This document shows, one piece after another, positions 19,185 to 30,200 of a DNA stretch of 64,000 nucleotides. Numbering within the stretch: the first letter of the stretch is position 1; every line of letters begins with the position of its first letter. Made by a program: the position numbers and the translations under genes. This stretch comes from Candidatus Heimdallarchaeota archaeon. Its GTDB lineage: Archaea; Asgardarchaeota; Heimdallarchaeia; Heimdallarchaeales; Heimdallarchaeaceae. The stretch spans positions 1 to 64,000 of the forward strand of contig JAHLWR010000012.1 in the NCBI GenBank assembly GCA_019057815.1, given 5' to 3'. Under the pieces are notes generated by a model. The model did not search any database, was not told the origin of the DNA, and worked only from the letters and a program-made list of their open reading frames with translations.

Positions 19185-20951
19185 ATGAGTGATTTACAAT
19201 CTAATGTTAAAGACGAGTTATCTGAAATTTTATTTGTTAAGAACCCAAAAATTTTTGTTATAGAATGGCTTCCTTTTGACTCTAACCAACTAATAGAACT
19301 TAATCACAAGCTAGATATAGAGAAAGGTTCTCGTAAAACTCTACTAACAGGTCTTATCGATCAATCTCCTGACAGTCCTACTTTTCAGTCAAAGGGGAAA
19401 CATACTAAAGTGGTTGTTAAAGACTATAGCTTAGACAATTATGTGAATTTAGAAGCTATAATCGATATACCTGAACAAGAAGGTATTGTACAAATAGAAG
19501 AGATGGCGATTTTTGTCTCAAAGGCTGGTTTTGTGGTTTACTCCTTAAGTCTTAAAGAGATAGATGGAAAAAATACTTTTATGTCCCTAGACAAACTATC
19601 TCGAGTTGTTGCGGATTTATCTCAAGATAGCTCAGTACTAATTGATAGTTTACTAACAGAATTTCAAAGAAAATTTTTAAAGATAATTTTTGGGAACCCC
19701 ATACACAGACCCAAAACAATATGCTATGTAGGTGAAGAAATTAACATAAAACATGATGATGTGAATGATTACCTTGATGGGGAAGATTGTGAAATAGAGT
19801 TAAATCAACTCCTGGGAGAAGGTCACAAACCATACAAAGTCAACAATGATTTGATTTTCAAGGGAACAAGGGGTTCTATATCTATTATCGAGGATTTTAC
19901 TGAAGATAAAGAGTTTCAGATGATTTTGTGGGGAATTCAACATGCTATAGGGAGTTTCGTCGATAGTTTTATGTCCAGAATTTGGGAGTTATATGATCAA
20001 GCAAATAGCACAAAAGACATAGTAGAAGAAGCAGTAGAAGGGAATACAGAAGCGCTCAACAGAGTTCAAGAACATATCACCATTCTAACTAGCACAATTA
20101 GTGTTGTGGGACAAATTCAAGAATTCCTTAAAGAGTCTTGCATAGATGTGTTAGGCAGATGCAGAAAAAACGATAAAACAGTTCTATCCGAATGTTTTGA
20201 TGTAGAAAAATCCCTAATAACTTCTCAAAATAGAATCGCAGAATCAGAAAAAATAATCAATGGTTTACTTACTGAACTAGAAGGATTAAGAAATTACATT
20301 GCAACACTTTCAGAACTTCAAATGAGAAAAATGTCAAAAGTAATGACTCAAAACACTAAGAGTATGAATCAAGTTTTACAAGCAAATACAAGGACTGGGG
20401 GAGCTATAGATATGATAGAACTGATTTTAGCAGGAAGCATAATACTTGAAGTAGTAGCTTTTGCGATTGGTGAGATTTCATCAGATCAAACCATCTTTAG
20501 ATCAATTCTGGACGGAGCAGGTTTGGATAAAGATCAGATTGCTACTTTAACTCTATTTATAGTAAGTATATTTGCTTGGATTGCAATTGTTGTTTATCTG
20601 AGATGGAGTAAGAATAGATTGGAAAGAAAAGCACTCAAAGATTTCTTCATAACTATGACAGTGAACAAGAAAATCAATATTCAAAAACTAGATGACTACA
20701 TGAAAGATAAAGAGATATTAACTAAACGAGTAGAATATGAACATAATAGCGTCATGATAACTTATGTTTGGGATATTGGAAAGGATGCAGAATTAAAAGA
20801 TCTAGATCTAGAGCATGTAAGTTTCACATATAATGAGACTAATTCGCTTCTAATAAGTATAGATATCGAGACATCAAAAGTCGAAACAGATCAAAAAGCT
20901 CTGCTAGAAATAATCTTAAGCGATATGAGGAAAAGCGGTATATTAGACTAA
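19185..20951 (+). CDS. Hypothetical membrane protein (soluble domain, helical bundle, two TM helices)
   Basis: 588-aa ORF with GGTGA RBS; coiled helical region followed by two hydrophobic segments. Confidence 0.75.
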   Translation: MSDLQSNVKDELSEILFVKNPKIFVIEWLPFDSNQLIELNHKLDIEKGSRKTLLTGLIDQSPDSPTFQSKGKHTKVVVKDYSLDNYVNLEAIIDIPEQEGIVQIEEMAIFVSKAGFVVYSLSLKEIDGKNTFMSLDKLSRVVADLSQDSSVLIDSLLTEFQRKFLKIIFGNPIHRPKTICYVGEEINIKHDDVNDYLDGEDCEIELNQLLGEGHKPYKVNNDLIFKGTRGSISIIEDFTEDKEFQMILWGIQHAIGSFVDSFMSRIWELYDQANSTKDIVEEAVEGNTEALNRVQEHITILTSTISVVGQIQEFLKESCIDVLGRCRKNDKTVLSECFDVEKSLITSQNRIAESEKIINGLLTELEGLRNYIATLSELQMRKMSKVMTQNTKSMNQVLQANTRTGGAIDMIELILAGSIILEVVAFAIGEISSDQTIFRSILDGAGLDKDQIATLTLFIVSIFAWIAIVVYLRWSKNRLERKALKDFFITMTVNKKINIQKLDDYMKDKEILTKRVEYEHNSVMITYVWDIGKDAELKDLDLEHVSFTYNETNSLLISIDIETSKVETDQKALLEIILSDMRKSGILD

Positions 20952-21129
20952 TATTATCAAAACTTCTTTTTCGCCATCTGCAACCACCTTATCTTTTCTT
21001 TTTCAATCAAATAGTTCTAAATTAGCCCTGTTTTTTGACTAATTAGATTGTTATATTAAGAATATTGAAGTTTTATTATTGAGTAAAGCAATAAGTTTTT
21101 ATATTCTAATATTAGAATATTCTATACCT

Positions 21130-21681
21130 ATGATAAGCGACAGGGAGGCGGCTATTCTTGGACTAATGTTTGAAGAGAACCTCTATGGATATGAAATTGA
21201 AAGAATAATTGAAGAACGAAATATGCGAAAATGGACTGAAATTGGTTTTTCTTCTATTTATTATATTTTAAAAAGACTTGAAAGAAGTGAATTAGTTGAA
21301 AGCTCAGAAAAACAGGTCGATGGACGTAATAGACGAATATATTCAATTACTAATAAAGGTGAAGAATCAATGAAGGAAAAAATTAGAGAGCTACTTACAA
21401 ATAATGTAAAGATTATTTCTCCTTTTGACTTGGGGATAGCATACATCCATATTTTGGGGAAAAGAACTGCAATAAACTGTTTGAAAGAATATATCAACTC
21501 AACTGAAGAACGAATGATAAGATTGACAATGAGTTTACAAAATTCTGAATATAAGGAAGCAAATTATCGAAAAGTAGCCCTCCTTGAAAGACCTCTTGAG
21601 CTTATCAAAACAGAAATTATTTGGGTAAGACAATTTATAGAAAAGATAAACAAAGTAAGAAGGTTTAGAAAAGGTGAATAA
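21130..21681 (+). CDS. PadR-family transcriptional regulator
   Basis: ILGL..E..YGYEI, SIYYILKRLE, RRIYSIT.KG. Confidence 0.9.
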   Translation: MISDREAAILGLMFEENLYGYEIERIIEERNMRKWTEIGFSSIYYILKRLERSELVESSEKQVDGRNRRIYSITNKGEESMKEKIRELLTNNVKIISPFDLGIAYIHILGKRTAINCLKEYINSTEERMIRLTMSLQNSEYKEANYRKVALLERPLELIKTEIIWVRQFIEKINKVRRFRKGE

Positions 21682-22309
21682 TTTGGTAGTAAAGAAATTA
21701 GATTATAAAAAGGATTATCCTGAATTTTACAAACCATCTCCAAAGGATCCGAGTATTATTAATATTCCTAAAATGAAATTTTTTATGATTGATGGTAAAG
21801 GAGATCCTAACATTGCTAAAGAGTATAAGGATGCTGTTGAGACTCTTTATGCCATATCATATGCTTTGAAAATGAAGGTTGTTAAGAAAGAAACACCTCA
21901 AATGGACTATATAGTACCTCCTTTAGAAGGACTATGGTATATGGAGAACATGAAAGAATGGTCTATTGAAAACAAAGATGCTTGGCATTGGACTATGATG
22001 ATTAGGATTCCCGATTTCGTTACAGAAGAACAAATAAACAAAGCAATAACAATTGTAAAGGAAACAAAAAATCCTCCTGCTATTTCAAAGATCTACAATG
22101 AAGATTATGGAGAAGGAGAAGTAGTTCAAATTATGTACTATGGTTCATACTCAGATGAAGGACCAACCATTGCTAAGATGCATGAATTTGCTGAAGAACA
22201 AGGTTATGATTTATCTGGAAAACATCATGAAATCTATCTAAGCGACCCTAGAAAAGTTGAACCAGATAAATGTAAAACGATTATTCGACAACCTATAAGC
22301 AAGAAATAG
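21674..22309 (+). CDS. GyrI-like small-molecule binding protein
   Basis: DGKGDPN, PLEGLW, WTMMIR.P, GKHHEIYLSDPR. Confidence 0.88.
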   Translation: MNNLVVKKLDYKKDYPEFYKPSPKDPSIINIPKMKFFMIDGKGDPNIAKEYKDAVETLYAISYALKMKVVKKETPQMDYIVPPLEGLWYMENMKEWSIENKDAWHWTMMIRIPDFVTEEQINKAITIVKETKNPPAISKIYNEDYGEGEVVQIMYYGSYSDEGPTIAKMHEFAEEQGYDLSGKHHEIYLSDPRKVEPDKCKTIIRQPISKK

Positions 22310-23493
22310 TGAAGAAAATGTCCGATGAGAAATTATTCGTCGAAAGCTTTACACATATGAGCGGTACAAATTGTCAATTAAGCTCCCTTCGCAAAGTACT
22401 TGCGTTTCAAGGCTTCAAAGTGTCAGAACCTATGCTTATGGGGGTTGGAGCTGGTCTAGGGTTTATCTATTGGGACATGAAACTTATGCCCACCCCATTT
22501 GTTGGAGGTTTAAATGGAAAAGGAATAAATTTGTTTGAGACTCCACTACGAAATTTGGGTGGAAAAGCAGAATTAATGAAAAAAACAGCATCTAGAAAAG
22601 TATCATATGAACAGACAAAGAAAGTTCTAAGAAGTGGTAAACCTTTAATCCCATTTGTTGATATAGCTTATCTTCCTTATTTTTACAGCGATGATGTTGA
22701 TTATCCAAATGAAGCAGCTGGACACTTTGGTGGGCATACTTTTGTTGTATATGGTTTAGATGAACAGAAAGGTGTTGTATATGTTTCTGATAGATTCAGC
22801 AAAACAAATTCTCTTACCATTGATCAATTTATGGATGCTCACAGCTCACAATTTGCACCATTTGCTGCAAAAAACCAAAAGCTATCAATCATTGCTCCTA
22901 CAAAGGAAATTAGTTGGGAAAAAGCTATTAGAAATGCGATTAGAGAAAATAGAGAATCTATGCTAAATCCTCCAATAACAAACTTAGGTCTCAAAGGAAT
23001 ATTAAAATTCGAGAAAATGGTCGGTTCAACTTGGACGAAGTTTCCCCCAGATAAATTGTTGAATACATTATTTAGCACTTTTCTATTTAATGCTTCAGGA
23101 GGGTCTGGTGGAGCTCTTTGCAGAAATCTATATGTGGAATTCTTAGAAGAAGCTCAAGAATATTTAGAAGATGAAATCTTAGTAAGAGCAACAGAATTCT
23201 ACAGAGGAGCAGCTGAAGCATGGGATCAGGTGGCGTTGTGTCTTCTTCCTGAAGAATTACCTGCTTTACAAGTTGTTCGCTCAACAATTGTGGAATCTAA
23301 CATTGTGCAAGAACAAGCAAAAGAAGATTATCAAAAGCAATTAAGAGATATTGACAATCAATGGTTAGAAATAAAAAAAGAAGCAATAAAAGAGACTAGT
23401 TCTTTTGAAACATTTATTCCAAAATTACAGAGAGCGATTAGAAATGCTCATGAAATAGAAACTGAAGTTTGGAGTTTGTTGGAGCTGATTTAG
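22309..23493 (+). CDS. BtrH N-terminal (C39-like)/DUF4872 domain protein
   Basis: NC.LSSLR, SEPML.G.G.GLGF.Y, HFGGH..VVYG.D, GSGGA..RNLY..FL.EA. Confidence 0.8.
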   Translation: MKKMSDEKLFVESFTHMSGTNCQLSSLRKVLAFQGFKVSEPMLMGVGAGLGFIYWDMKLMPTPFVGGLNGKGINLFETPLRNLGGKAELMKKTASRKVSYEQTKKVLRSGKPLIPFVDIAYLPYFYSDDVDYPNEAAGHFGGHTFVVYGLDEQKGVVYVSDRFSKTNSLTIDQFMDAHSSQFAPFAAKNQKLSIIAPTKEISWEKAIRNAIRENRESMLNPPITNLGLKGILKFEKMVGSTWTKFPPDKLLNTLFSTFLFNASGGSGGALCRNLYVEFLEEAQEYLEDEILVRATEFYRGAAEAWDQVALCLLPEELPALQVVRSTIVESNIVQEQAKEDYQKQLRDIDNQWLEIKKEAIKETSSFETFIPKLQRAIRNAHEIETEVWSLLELI

Positions 23494-23668
23494 AAAATTG
23501 TACCTTAACCACTTAAAAAGTTTCAAAAAATAAAGAAGAATTGTTGTAGAAAGCCTTCTCAATTTTTATAATTCTTCATTCTTTCTCCTCTGATAAAAAA
23601 TTATAAAATCTGAATTGCTCTTTTAAAATCTTTAGATGTCGATCCTGAATACCAAGGAAGAGGTATGG

Positions 23669-26600
23669 TCATCTTTGTGAAAAATCCTCAGATAGAATCT
23701 TTTCAAGATTTTCAATCAAATAGTCTGCGTTTTCTTTGTTAAAGACTATTGGAGGTTTAATTTTCAACACATTATGGAGTGGACCTTCAATACTGATTAA
23801 AATCCCTTCTTCCTTCATTCTTTCTACTATATAACTTGCTTTGAAAGGAGCTGGAGACAATGTTTCTTGATCTAATACCAATTCTATACCAATAAATAAT
23901 CCTACCCCTCTTACATCTCCCATTAAGGGATACTTTTGCTTAAGTTTAGTTAATCCTTCCTTAAGATATGAACCTACAGTTAAAGCGTTTTGTTGAAGTT
24001 TTTCCTTCTTAATTATTTCAAGGACGCTTAACCCCACTGCACAAGAAACGGAATTACCTCCGGTGGTTGAGAAAAATTCCATGCCATTGTTGAACGATTT
24101 TGCTATCTCATGTGTTGTTATTACTGCAGCTAAAGGATGTCCATTACCAATTGGTTTACCTAGTGTAACTATGTCTGGGACAACATCTTGAAGTTCAAAT
24201 GCCCAGAAGTAGGAACCTACACGACCAAAACCAACTTGAACCTCGTCTGCTATGCATACACCACCATTCTTTCTGATAATCGCATAAACCTCTTTGAGAT
24301 ACCCATCTGGATATATGACTTGACCTCCGCAACCAAGTAACGATTCTGAAATAAAAGCAGCTATTCCTTTGCCTTTTTCCTTGATATCTGAAAGAACATC
24401 CTTAATTTGTGCAGCATATTTTTTTCCTGCATCTTTGTCATCATCTTTGTATGAACCACGATAAACATCAGGCATTTCAGCTACATGGACATAGGGTGGA
24501 GCACCCTTTCCTCCCGGACCAGCATGTTTGTAGGGGCTGATATTGACCAATTCCCCTGTGATTCCATGATAAGCATTATTGAGGACTATTAAGTCGTGTT
24601 GATTTGTATGCACTCGAGCTAATCGTAAAGCAAGTTCATTTGCTTCACTTCCACTATTTACAAAGAAACACACTTTTAGAGGTGCAGGAAACATTTTACA
24701 CAATTCTTCTGCATATTTAACAATATTATCATGTAAATATCGAGAATTAGTGTTCAAAACTAAAGCTTGTTTATGCAATGCTTCTGTTACTTCTGGATGA
24801 CAATGTCCAACATGTTGAACATTATTTACTGAATCAAGATATGTGTGACCATTTTCATCGAACAGATATTGCATAAAACCTCGAACGATTTTGAGAGGTT
24901 CTTTGTACAAAATACTCAAAGACTTTCCAAGTGTTTTTTGTCTCGCTATTATTATCGCTTCTTTCTCCATTTCTTGGCACGGAAATGAATCTTGAGGTAT
25001 TTTTAAGATGAGATTTGGATTTGGACATAGACTTAACCATATATCCTTTTGTTTTGCGTTGATAACACTGGGAACAGTATCCATTTTTTCAGGTAAATCA
25101 AGGATTATCTGAAAATGAACATATGATAGTGAAATATCGGTATTTTCTACATCTCCAGTAAAACCTAATAATTCACCTTTTAGAAATTGTTTTCCAGATT
25201 CATAATTTTCAACAGTTTTTTCATCTAAATTTTTGTATAGGGTATAAAATCTTCGATTTGAACTTCCAAATCGATGTTCTAGTATTAATGTATAATTTTG
25301 TTTGCTTGAATGTTTATCTTGAATAATGTTTACCAAAATCCCCTCGATTGGAACATAAATAGATGTTTTAGGCTTCAGAAATAGATCAATTCCTAAATGA
25401 ATGGTTGGGGTATTAAAGGTGTTTGTTTGGGGTTTAGTGTAATATAAACGGGCTTCATTATGACGACATATACCTACTTCTTTCTTAGACTGTTTCAAAC
25501 ATCTATAGATATATGCTATTACTTCCTTTTTGTTTGTCATCTCTTCAAAAGAACTGAGTTCTAGACTACCTACACTTAAATCAAAAACCAGATAATTTTT
25601 CTCTGATAGCTCTTCATTTAGAATAGGATGGATCTGTTCTTGAATGTCTTTCAAGAAACTTGCTAGTTCCCTAGAGGCAGGATGAGGTTCAAAATTGCAA
25701 GCATTTCTGAATAAATAGTGAGCAAAACTCGAGTCTATGTCTTTAAGTATAAATAGACATTTCCATGCATCTTTTTCTGTAATGCTAATGTATTTATTTT
25801 TTGGATCTAATGATTGTTGATATGCAGCCATAGATACACTTTGACATAATCGCATACATATTAGGTTGAACAGTATCTCTATCTCACTTTCTTGTAAAGA
25901 ATATACGGAATGATATCCTTCAACTACTTTGACAGCTGCAGCGATAGGGTCACCTTTATCTAAAATAGCGTAAGCAATAGCAATTGCAAGTTCAAATATT
26001 GTACAGTTTTTTTGAACATCACCAAAATCTATTATTCCAAAAGAATAATCGAAAGGTGTTTCTTCATAATTTACGATAACATTATAGTTATTAGTATCAC
26101 TATGTATAACACTAGTTCTCAAAGAATCCAATTTTGGCAATGTTCTATCCAAGAATTCTCCCAAGAAAAACTGCAAAACGTCAATCTTTTCCTGATTTTC
26201 AATGAATTCCTTGTTTTTCTCAATCACTGTATGTACGTTCATGAGATCCCATTGAAAATCATGGTAAGCAACAGGATGATCAAAATCCGATAAATTCTTC
26301 CCTAAATGGCCAAGAAACTGCCCAAACTTTCTTAATAGTGTATTATGATGAGGGTTTATTTGAGCTAACACTTTTCCAGGTAGAAATGTTACTAATCGCA
26401 AATAGTGAATATCTTCTTCGTCACTTTTAATAGTGACAACGTGATGATTATCTTTTGATTTTATGACTTGAGGGGAAAAATCCCTGTTTTTATTTGTTAG
26501 ATGGTTCATGACTGCATTTTGAAATTCAAGATTTTCCTTTTTCTCTATTTTATTGGCAATTTTTACTATAAATTTTTCTCCATTATCAGCAATTAGAAGC

Positions 26601-26719
26601 AAATTTTGGTCCCTATAACTTGGAAATTCTTTTAGTTTACCTGATAAACCATACTCATTTTTAACTAAATCTAATATAATTTGCTCAGAAAAATTTGGAC
26701 GTTTCAATTTGTGAGACAT
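23669..26719 (-). CDS. APH-like kinase / M23-like / class III aminotransferase fusion (hydroxylysine kinase plus phospho-lyase type)
   Basis: HSDTN.YN and DFGD kinase motifs; HLGID; [25 protein letters not shown] (PLP lysine). Confidence 0.9.
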   Translation of the reverse strand: MSHKLKRPNFSEQIILDLVKNEYGLSGKLKEFPSYRDQNLLLIADNGEKFIVKIANKIEKKENLEFQNAVMNHLTNKNRDFSPQVIKSKDNHHVVTIKSDEEDIHYLRLVTFLPGKVLAQINPHHNTLLRKFGQFLGHLGKNLSDFDHPVAYHDFQWDLMNVHTVIEKNKEFIENQEKIDVLQFFLGEFLDRTLPKLDSLRTSVIHSDTNNYNVIVNYEETPFDYSFGIIDFGDVQKNCTIFELAIAIAYAILDKGDPIAAAVKVVEGYHSVYSLQESEIEILFNLICMRLCQSVSMAAYQQSLDPKNKYISITEKDAWKCLFILKDIDSSFAHYLFRNACNFEPHPASRELASFLKDIQEQIHPILNEELSEKNYLVFDLSVGSLELSSFEEMTNKKEVIAYIYRCLKQSKKEVGICRHNEARLYYTKPQTNTFNTPTIHLGIDLFLKPKTSIYVPIEGILVNIIQDKHSSKQNYTLILEHRFGSSNRRFYTLYKNLDEKTVENYESGKQFLKGELLGFTGDVENTDISLSYVHFQIILDLPEKMDTVPSVINAKQKDIWLSLCPNPNLILKIPQDSFPCQEMEKEAIIIARQKTLGKSLSILYKEPLKIVRGFMQYLFDENGHTYLDSVNNVQHVGHCHPEVTEALHKQALVLNTNSRYLHDNIVKYAEELCKMFPAPLKVCFFVNSGSEANELALRLARVHTNQHDLIVLNNAYHGITGELVNISPYKHAGPGGKGAPPYVHVAEMPDVYRGSYKDDDKDAGKKYAAQIKDVLSDIKEKGKGIAAFISESLLGCGGQVIYPDGYLKEVYAIIRKNGGVCIADEVQVGFGRVGSYFWAFELQDVVPDIVTLGKPIGNGHPLAAVITTHEIAKSFNNGMEFFSTTGGNSVSCAVGLSVLEIIKKEKLQQNALTVGSYLKEGLTKLKQKYPLMGDVRGVGLFIGIELVLDQETLSPAPFKASYIVERMKEEGILISIEGPLHNVLKIKPPIVFNKENADYLIENLEKILSEDFSQR

Positions 26720-26885
26720 GCAGATAATCCTCTTGATAGTGATTTCTGAAATGGTTGTGTATGACTTCCTCTTTAAATTTTTCTCACAGAACAGAATAGT
26801 ATCATTAAAAAATGGTTCTTAGTGAAAAATTAGGTTCAGATTGGAAAAAAGCAGCTACGATTCAAAATCTTGCTAATATTCATCA

Positions 26886-26906
26886 TATAAAACTATCTGT
26901 TGACCT
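26886..26906 (-). repeat. Copy of the element end sequence
   Basis: Minus strand reads aggtcaacagatagttttata, identical to TIR positions 3-23. Confidence 0.8.
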
Positions 26907-26914
26907 CGAGTTAT

Positions 26915-27442
26915 TTACATTTTCTTAAATGTGTGCGTCTTTTTACCCTTATTCTCTAGTTTGAATAAACTGGTTCGTTCAACGATTTCTACACCTTTAT
27001 GCTCTTTTATGTGATGAATAGTTACAGTTAGTTTTCCTTCTTTTTTCAGAACTCTATGTACTTCTTTTATAATACTCTCAGGTTCACTTAATCCATGTAA
27101 AATATCAAACAGAAGAGCTACATCTATGCTTTCATCATCGAAACCTGTATCACAGCTAGTTTGTATTGTTTCTATGTTCTTATAGTCTTTTTTTGCTACT
27201 TTCTTCCGAACTTTTTTAATTGCTAGTGGATGGATATCTGCTGCATATATTTTTCCTGTGGAACCAACTAATTTTGCAGCTGCTAAAGTAAAACTTCCTG
27301 GGCCACAACCATAATCTAGAATTTTGTAACCTTGTTTTATTTCTATTTCCTTCAATATCTCTTCAGGAGGAGCAAAAAGATCGCGGAATATGTATATGAA
27401 ACTCATCATTTTAAATGCAAAATTAGGATAGTGTTTGTCCAT
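26915..27442 (-). CDS. Class I SAM-dependent methyltransferase
   Basis: ILDYGCGPG, RVLKKEG. Confidence 0.9.
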   Translation of the reverse strand: MDKHYPNFAFKMMSFIYIFRDLFAPPEEILKEIEIKQGYKILDYGCGPGSFTLAAAKLVGSTGKIYAADIHPLAIKKVRKKVAKKDYKNIETIQTSCDTGFDDESIDVALLFDILHGLSEPESIIKEVHRVLKKEGKLTVTIHHIKEHKGVEIVERTSLFKLENKGKKTHTFKKM

Positions 27443-27660
27443 AAATTTTTCTTATCATTGTCCCTTAAAATACTATCTATTTCTAAAATTATAGTTTCTT
27501 TTTTTTGTAAAAGGCTAATAAAAACCTTTAACAAGGAAAAAAGAGAAGAGAACACTTACATACAAGAGTCTTACGAGGGGGTTTAAATTGGTAGATGAAA
27601 ATAGAAGAATGAGTTGCACAAAATATATATTCGATAAAGAATCTAAACATTTGTGGTTTT

Positions 27661-28947
27661 ATGAAAAAGAAAACAACATTAATTCTGTTAATACTGACAT
27701 TTGTAATCTATGCATCGAATATCAATGTTCAAATAACTGCTGAAGTGAATAGTTATAGATCTACTTCATTAGAGTTGACACCTCATGATCCTATTTTTAT
27801 TACTTCAGATAGCGATCTTGAGGTTTTTCCTGGTTCAGGAACAGCTGAGAATCCTTATTTTATTGAGGGTTACAATATCACAACAACGAGCGATACTAGT
27901 ATTTATATTACTGGTACAACGAAATATTTCGCTATATTTAACTGCTATATTGACGCAAGGGACTTTGGGATTTATATTAATGATGTAGCTGATGGAACAG
28001 CAATTGTCATTTACAACACTTGCAACTACAATGGCCTCTCAGGCATCAGGATAGAGTCTTCAAGTAATTCTACTGTTGCTAACAACACTTGCAACAATAA
28101 CAATGGCTATGGTATCAGTCTTTTCTCTTCTTATTCTACGGTTTTCAACAACACTTGCAGCAACAATAACAACCATGGCATCAAGCTTGACGGTGCTTTT
28201 AAATCTACAGTTTTCAACAACACTTGCAGCAACAATGGCTACTCAGGTATCTTACTTCGCTCTTCTTCTAGTTCTAATGTTACAAACAATATTTGCATAA
28301 ATAACAATGTCAATGGGATCGTGCTTGCTTATTCTGATAGTTCTATAGTCATTAACAACACATGCAACAACAATGATTGTGGTATAGATTCTTCCAATAC
28401 TGAGAATTCTATTATCATTAACAACATGTGTAACAATAATAAATGGGAAGGCATCGATCTTTCCTTTTCTGATAATATGAAGGTGACAAACAACACGTGC
28501 AGCAACAATAACAACTATGGTATCAGGCTTATCTATTCTACTTTTTGCGTCGTTACCTATAATCTTCTACAAGAAAATGATGGTTATGGAGTATACTTAT
28601 CTACTGGTTCTGATAATAATCTTTTTCACCATAATAACTTTGTAGACAACAATCCTTTAGGAGGTTATCCCCAAGCATATGATAATTCTACTAATAACTT
28701 TTGGTATGATTCTGCGACACAAGAGGGAAACTATTGGAATGATTGGTCAGGAACAGGTTCTTATGCTATTGATGGTGATGCTGATTCTGTCGATCTCTAT
28801 CCTCTCGATGAACCTACTGTTGAATATTCTACAGTTGTATCTACTACAGATGAAAACCCATTTAACTTCACATTTACTCTAATAATAGTAATAGTTCCTT
28901 TGCTACTTATGAAATTATACTCTCGAAAAAGACTAAAAATGGATTAA
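27661..28947 (+). CDS. NosD-like parallel beta-helix surface protein
   Basis: Signal peptide, HDPI..FPGSGT..PY.I, NNTC.NN..GI repeats, GNYW.D, TM anchor. Confidence 0.88.
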   Translation: MKKKTTLILLILTFVIYASNINVQITAEVNSYRSTSLELTPHDPIFITSDSDLEVFPGSGTAENPYFIEGYNITTTSDTSIYITGTTKYFAIFNCYIDARDFGIYINDVADGTAIVIYNTCNYNGLSGIRIESSSNSTVANNTCNNNNGYGISLFSSYSTVFNNTCSNNNNHGIKLDGAFKSTVFNNTCSNNGYSGILLRSSSSSNVTNNICINNNVNGIVLAYSDSSIVINNTCNNNDCGIDSSNTENSIIINNMCNNNKWEGIDLSFSDNMKVTNNTCSNNNNYGIRLIYSTFCVVTYNLLQENDGYGVYLSTGSDNNLFHHNNFVDNNPLGGYPQAYDNSTNNFWYDSATQEGNYWNDWSGTGSYAIDGDADSVDLYPLDEPTVEYSTVVSTTDENPFNFTFTLIIVIVPLLLMKLYSRKRLKMD

Positions 28948-29020
28948 GTAACAACTTATTCTTTCTTTTTTTCTTTCTTATAGGATTAACTTTTAAGTTG
29001 TATTAATCTATTTAATACAG

Positions 29021-30142
29021 ATGAAAATCGAAAGCTTTGAATTAGAGAGATCTCAATCATTGTGGGAAAATAGAGTTGATTATAATCTAACAGAGAGTGG
29101 TGTTCACCCCTATAATATCAAAGAAATTATGAATCAAGCTGAGATTGATGAACTACTCTCTCTTCGAATTGGGTACGGTCAAACAAATGGGTCTATAGAA
29201 CTGCGAGAAACCATAAGTAATTTGTATCCAAGTTCCAATAAAGACCAAATTCTTGTAACCAACGGTTCAGCTGAAGCGAATTTCATTTCAATGTGGAGTC
29301 TTCTTAAACCAGAAGATGAACTAGTTTTAATGCTTCCCAATTACATGCAAATTTGGGGAATAGCTAACTCTTTTGGGGTGAAGGTCAAACCTTTCTATCT
29401 TAAGTTTGAAGACAATTGGGAACCAGATCTATCTGAACTACAAGAACTCATATCAGATAAAACAAAAATGATAGCTGTATGCAATCCAAATAATCCAACT
29501 GGAGCAATTCTTGAAGAAAAAGATATGCACGAAATAGTTAATTTAGCAAAAGAAGCAGATGCTTGGATATATTCTGATGAAGTCTATAGTGGAGTTAGAA
29601 TCGATGGAGGGGTTGAAGATCCTACTTTTTGGGGGATGTATGATAAAACAATTGTATGTAATGGTCTAGCAAAATCCTACGCTCTTCCAGGATTGAGAAT
29701 AGGTTGGTTGACTGGACCTGAAGAGTTTATTGAAGAAGCTTGGGGTTACCATGATTATACTTCTATTTCAACTGGAATTATCAGTCAACAGATTGCATCA
29801 TTAGTTTTGAAACCGAATCTGAGGAAAAGAATTCTAGAAAGAAACCGAGATATATTAAAGACTAACCTCTCTGCTTTGACAAAATGGTTGGATCAACATC
29901 CAGAAATATTTGAATATGTACTTCCAAGAGCAGGAGGAATGGTATTTATCAAATATGATTTGGATATTAATTCTACAGAGTTGGCTAGGAAACTCAGAGA
30001 AGAAAAAAGTGTTCTAGTCGTTGCAGGGGATTGTTTCGGAATGGACAATTATATTCGCTTAGGAATAGGTTCGGAAAAGGAGTATTTTCTTAAAGGATTA
30101 AGCTTGGTAGATGAAACTTTACAAGAGCTTAAGAAAAGTTAG
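29021..30142 (+). CDS. PLP-dependent aminotransferase class I/II
   Basis: NPNNPTG, DEVY, AKSYALPGLRIGW. Confidence 0.92.
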   Translation: MKIESFELERSQSLWENRVDYNLTESGVHPYNIKEIMNQAEIDELLSLRIGYGQTNGSIELRETISNLYPSSNKDQILVTNGSAEANFISMWSLLKPEDELVLMLPNYMQIWGIANSFGVKVKPFYLKFEDNWEPDLSELQELISDKTKMIAVCNPNNPTGAILEEKDMHEIVNLAKEADAWIYSDEVYSGVRIDGGVEDPTFWGMYDKTIVCNGLAKSYALPGLRIGWLTGPEEFIEEAWGYHDYTSISTGIISQQIASLVLKPNLRKRILERNRDILKTNLSALTKWLDQHPEIFEYVLPRAGGMVFIKYDLDINSTELARKLREEKSVLVVAGDCFGMDNYIRLGIGSEKEYFLKGLSLVDETLQELKKS

Positions 30143-30200
30143 TAGCTGAAAAAAATGTCTTCGTTTAGAAAATATTTTAAATGGTATTGATTCAGATTAT

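Noticed and set aside
28010-28520. Diversity-generating retroelement template suggested by AAC-rich repeats
   Set aside because: These are in-frame Asn-rich beta-helix coils; no reverse transcriptase and no TR/VR pair with adenine-specific mismatches.
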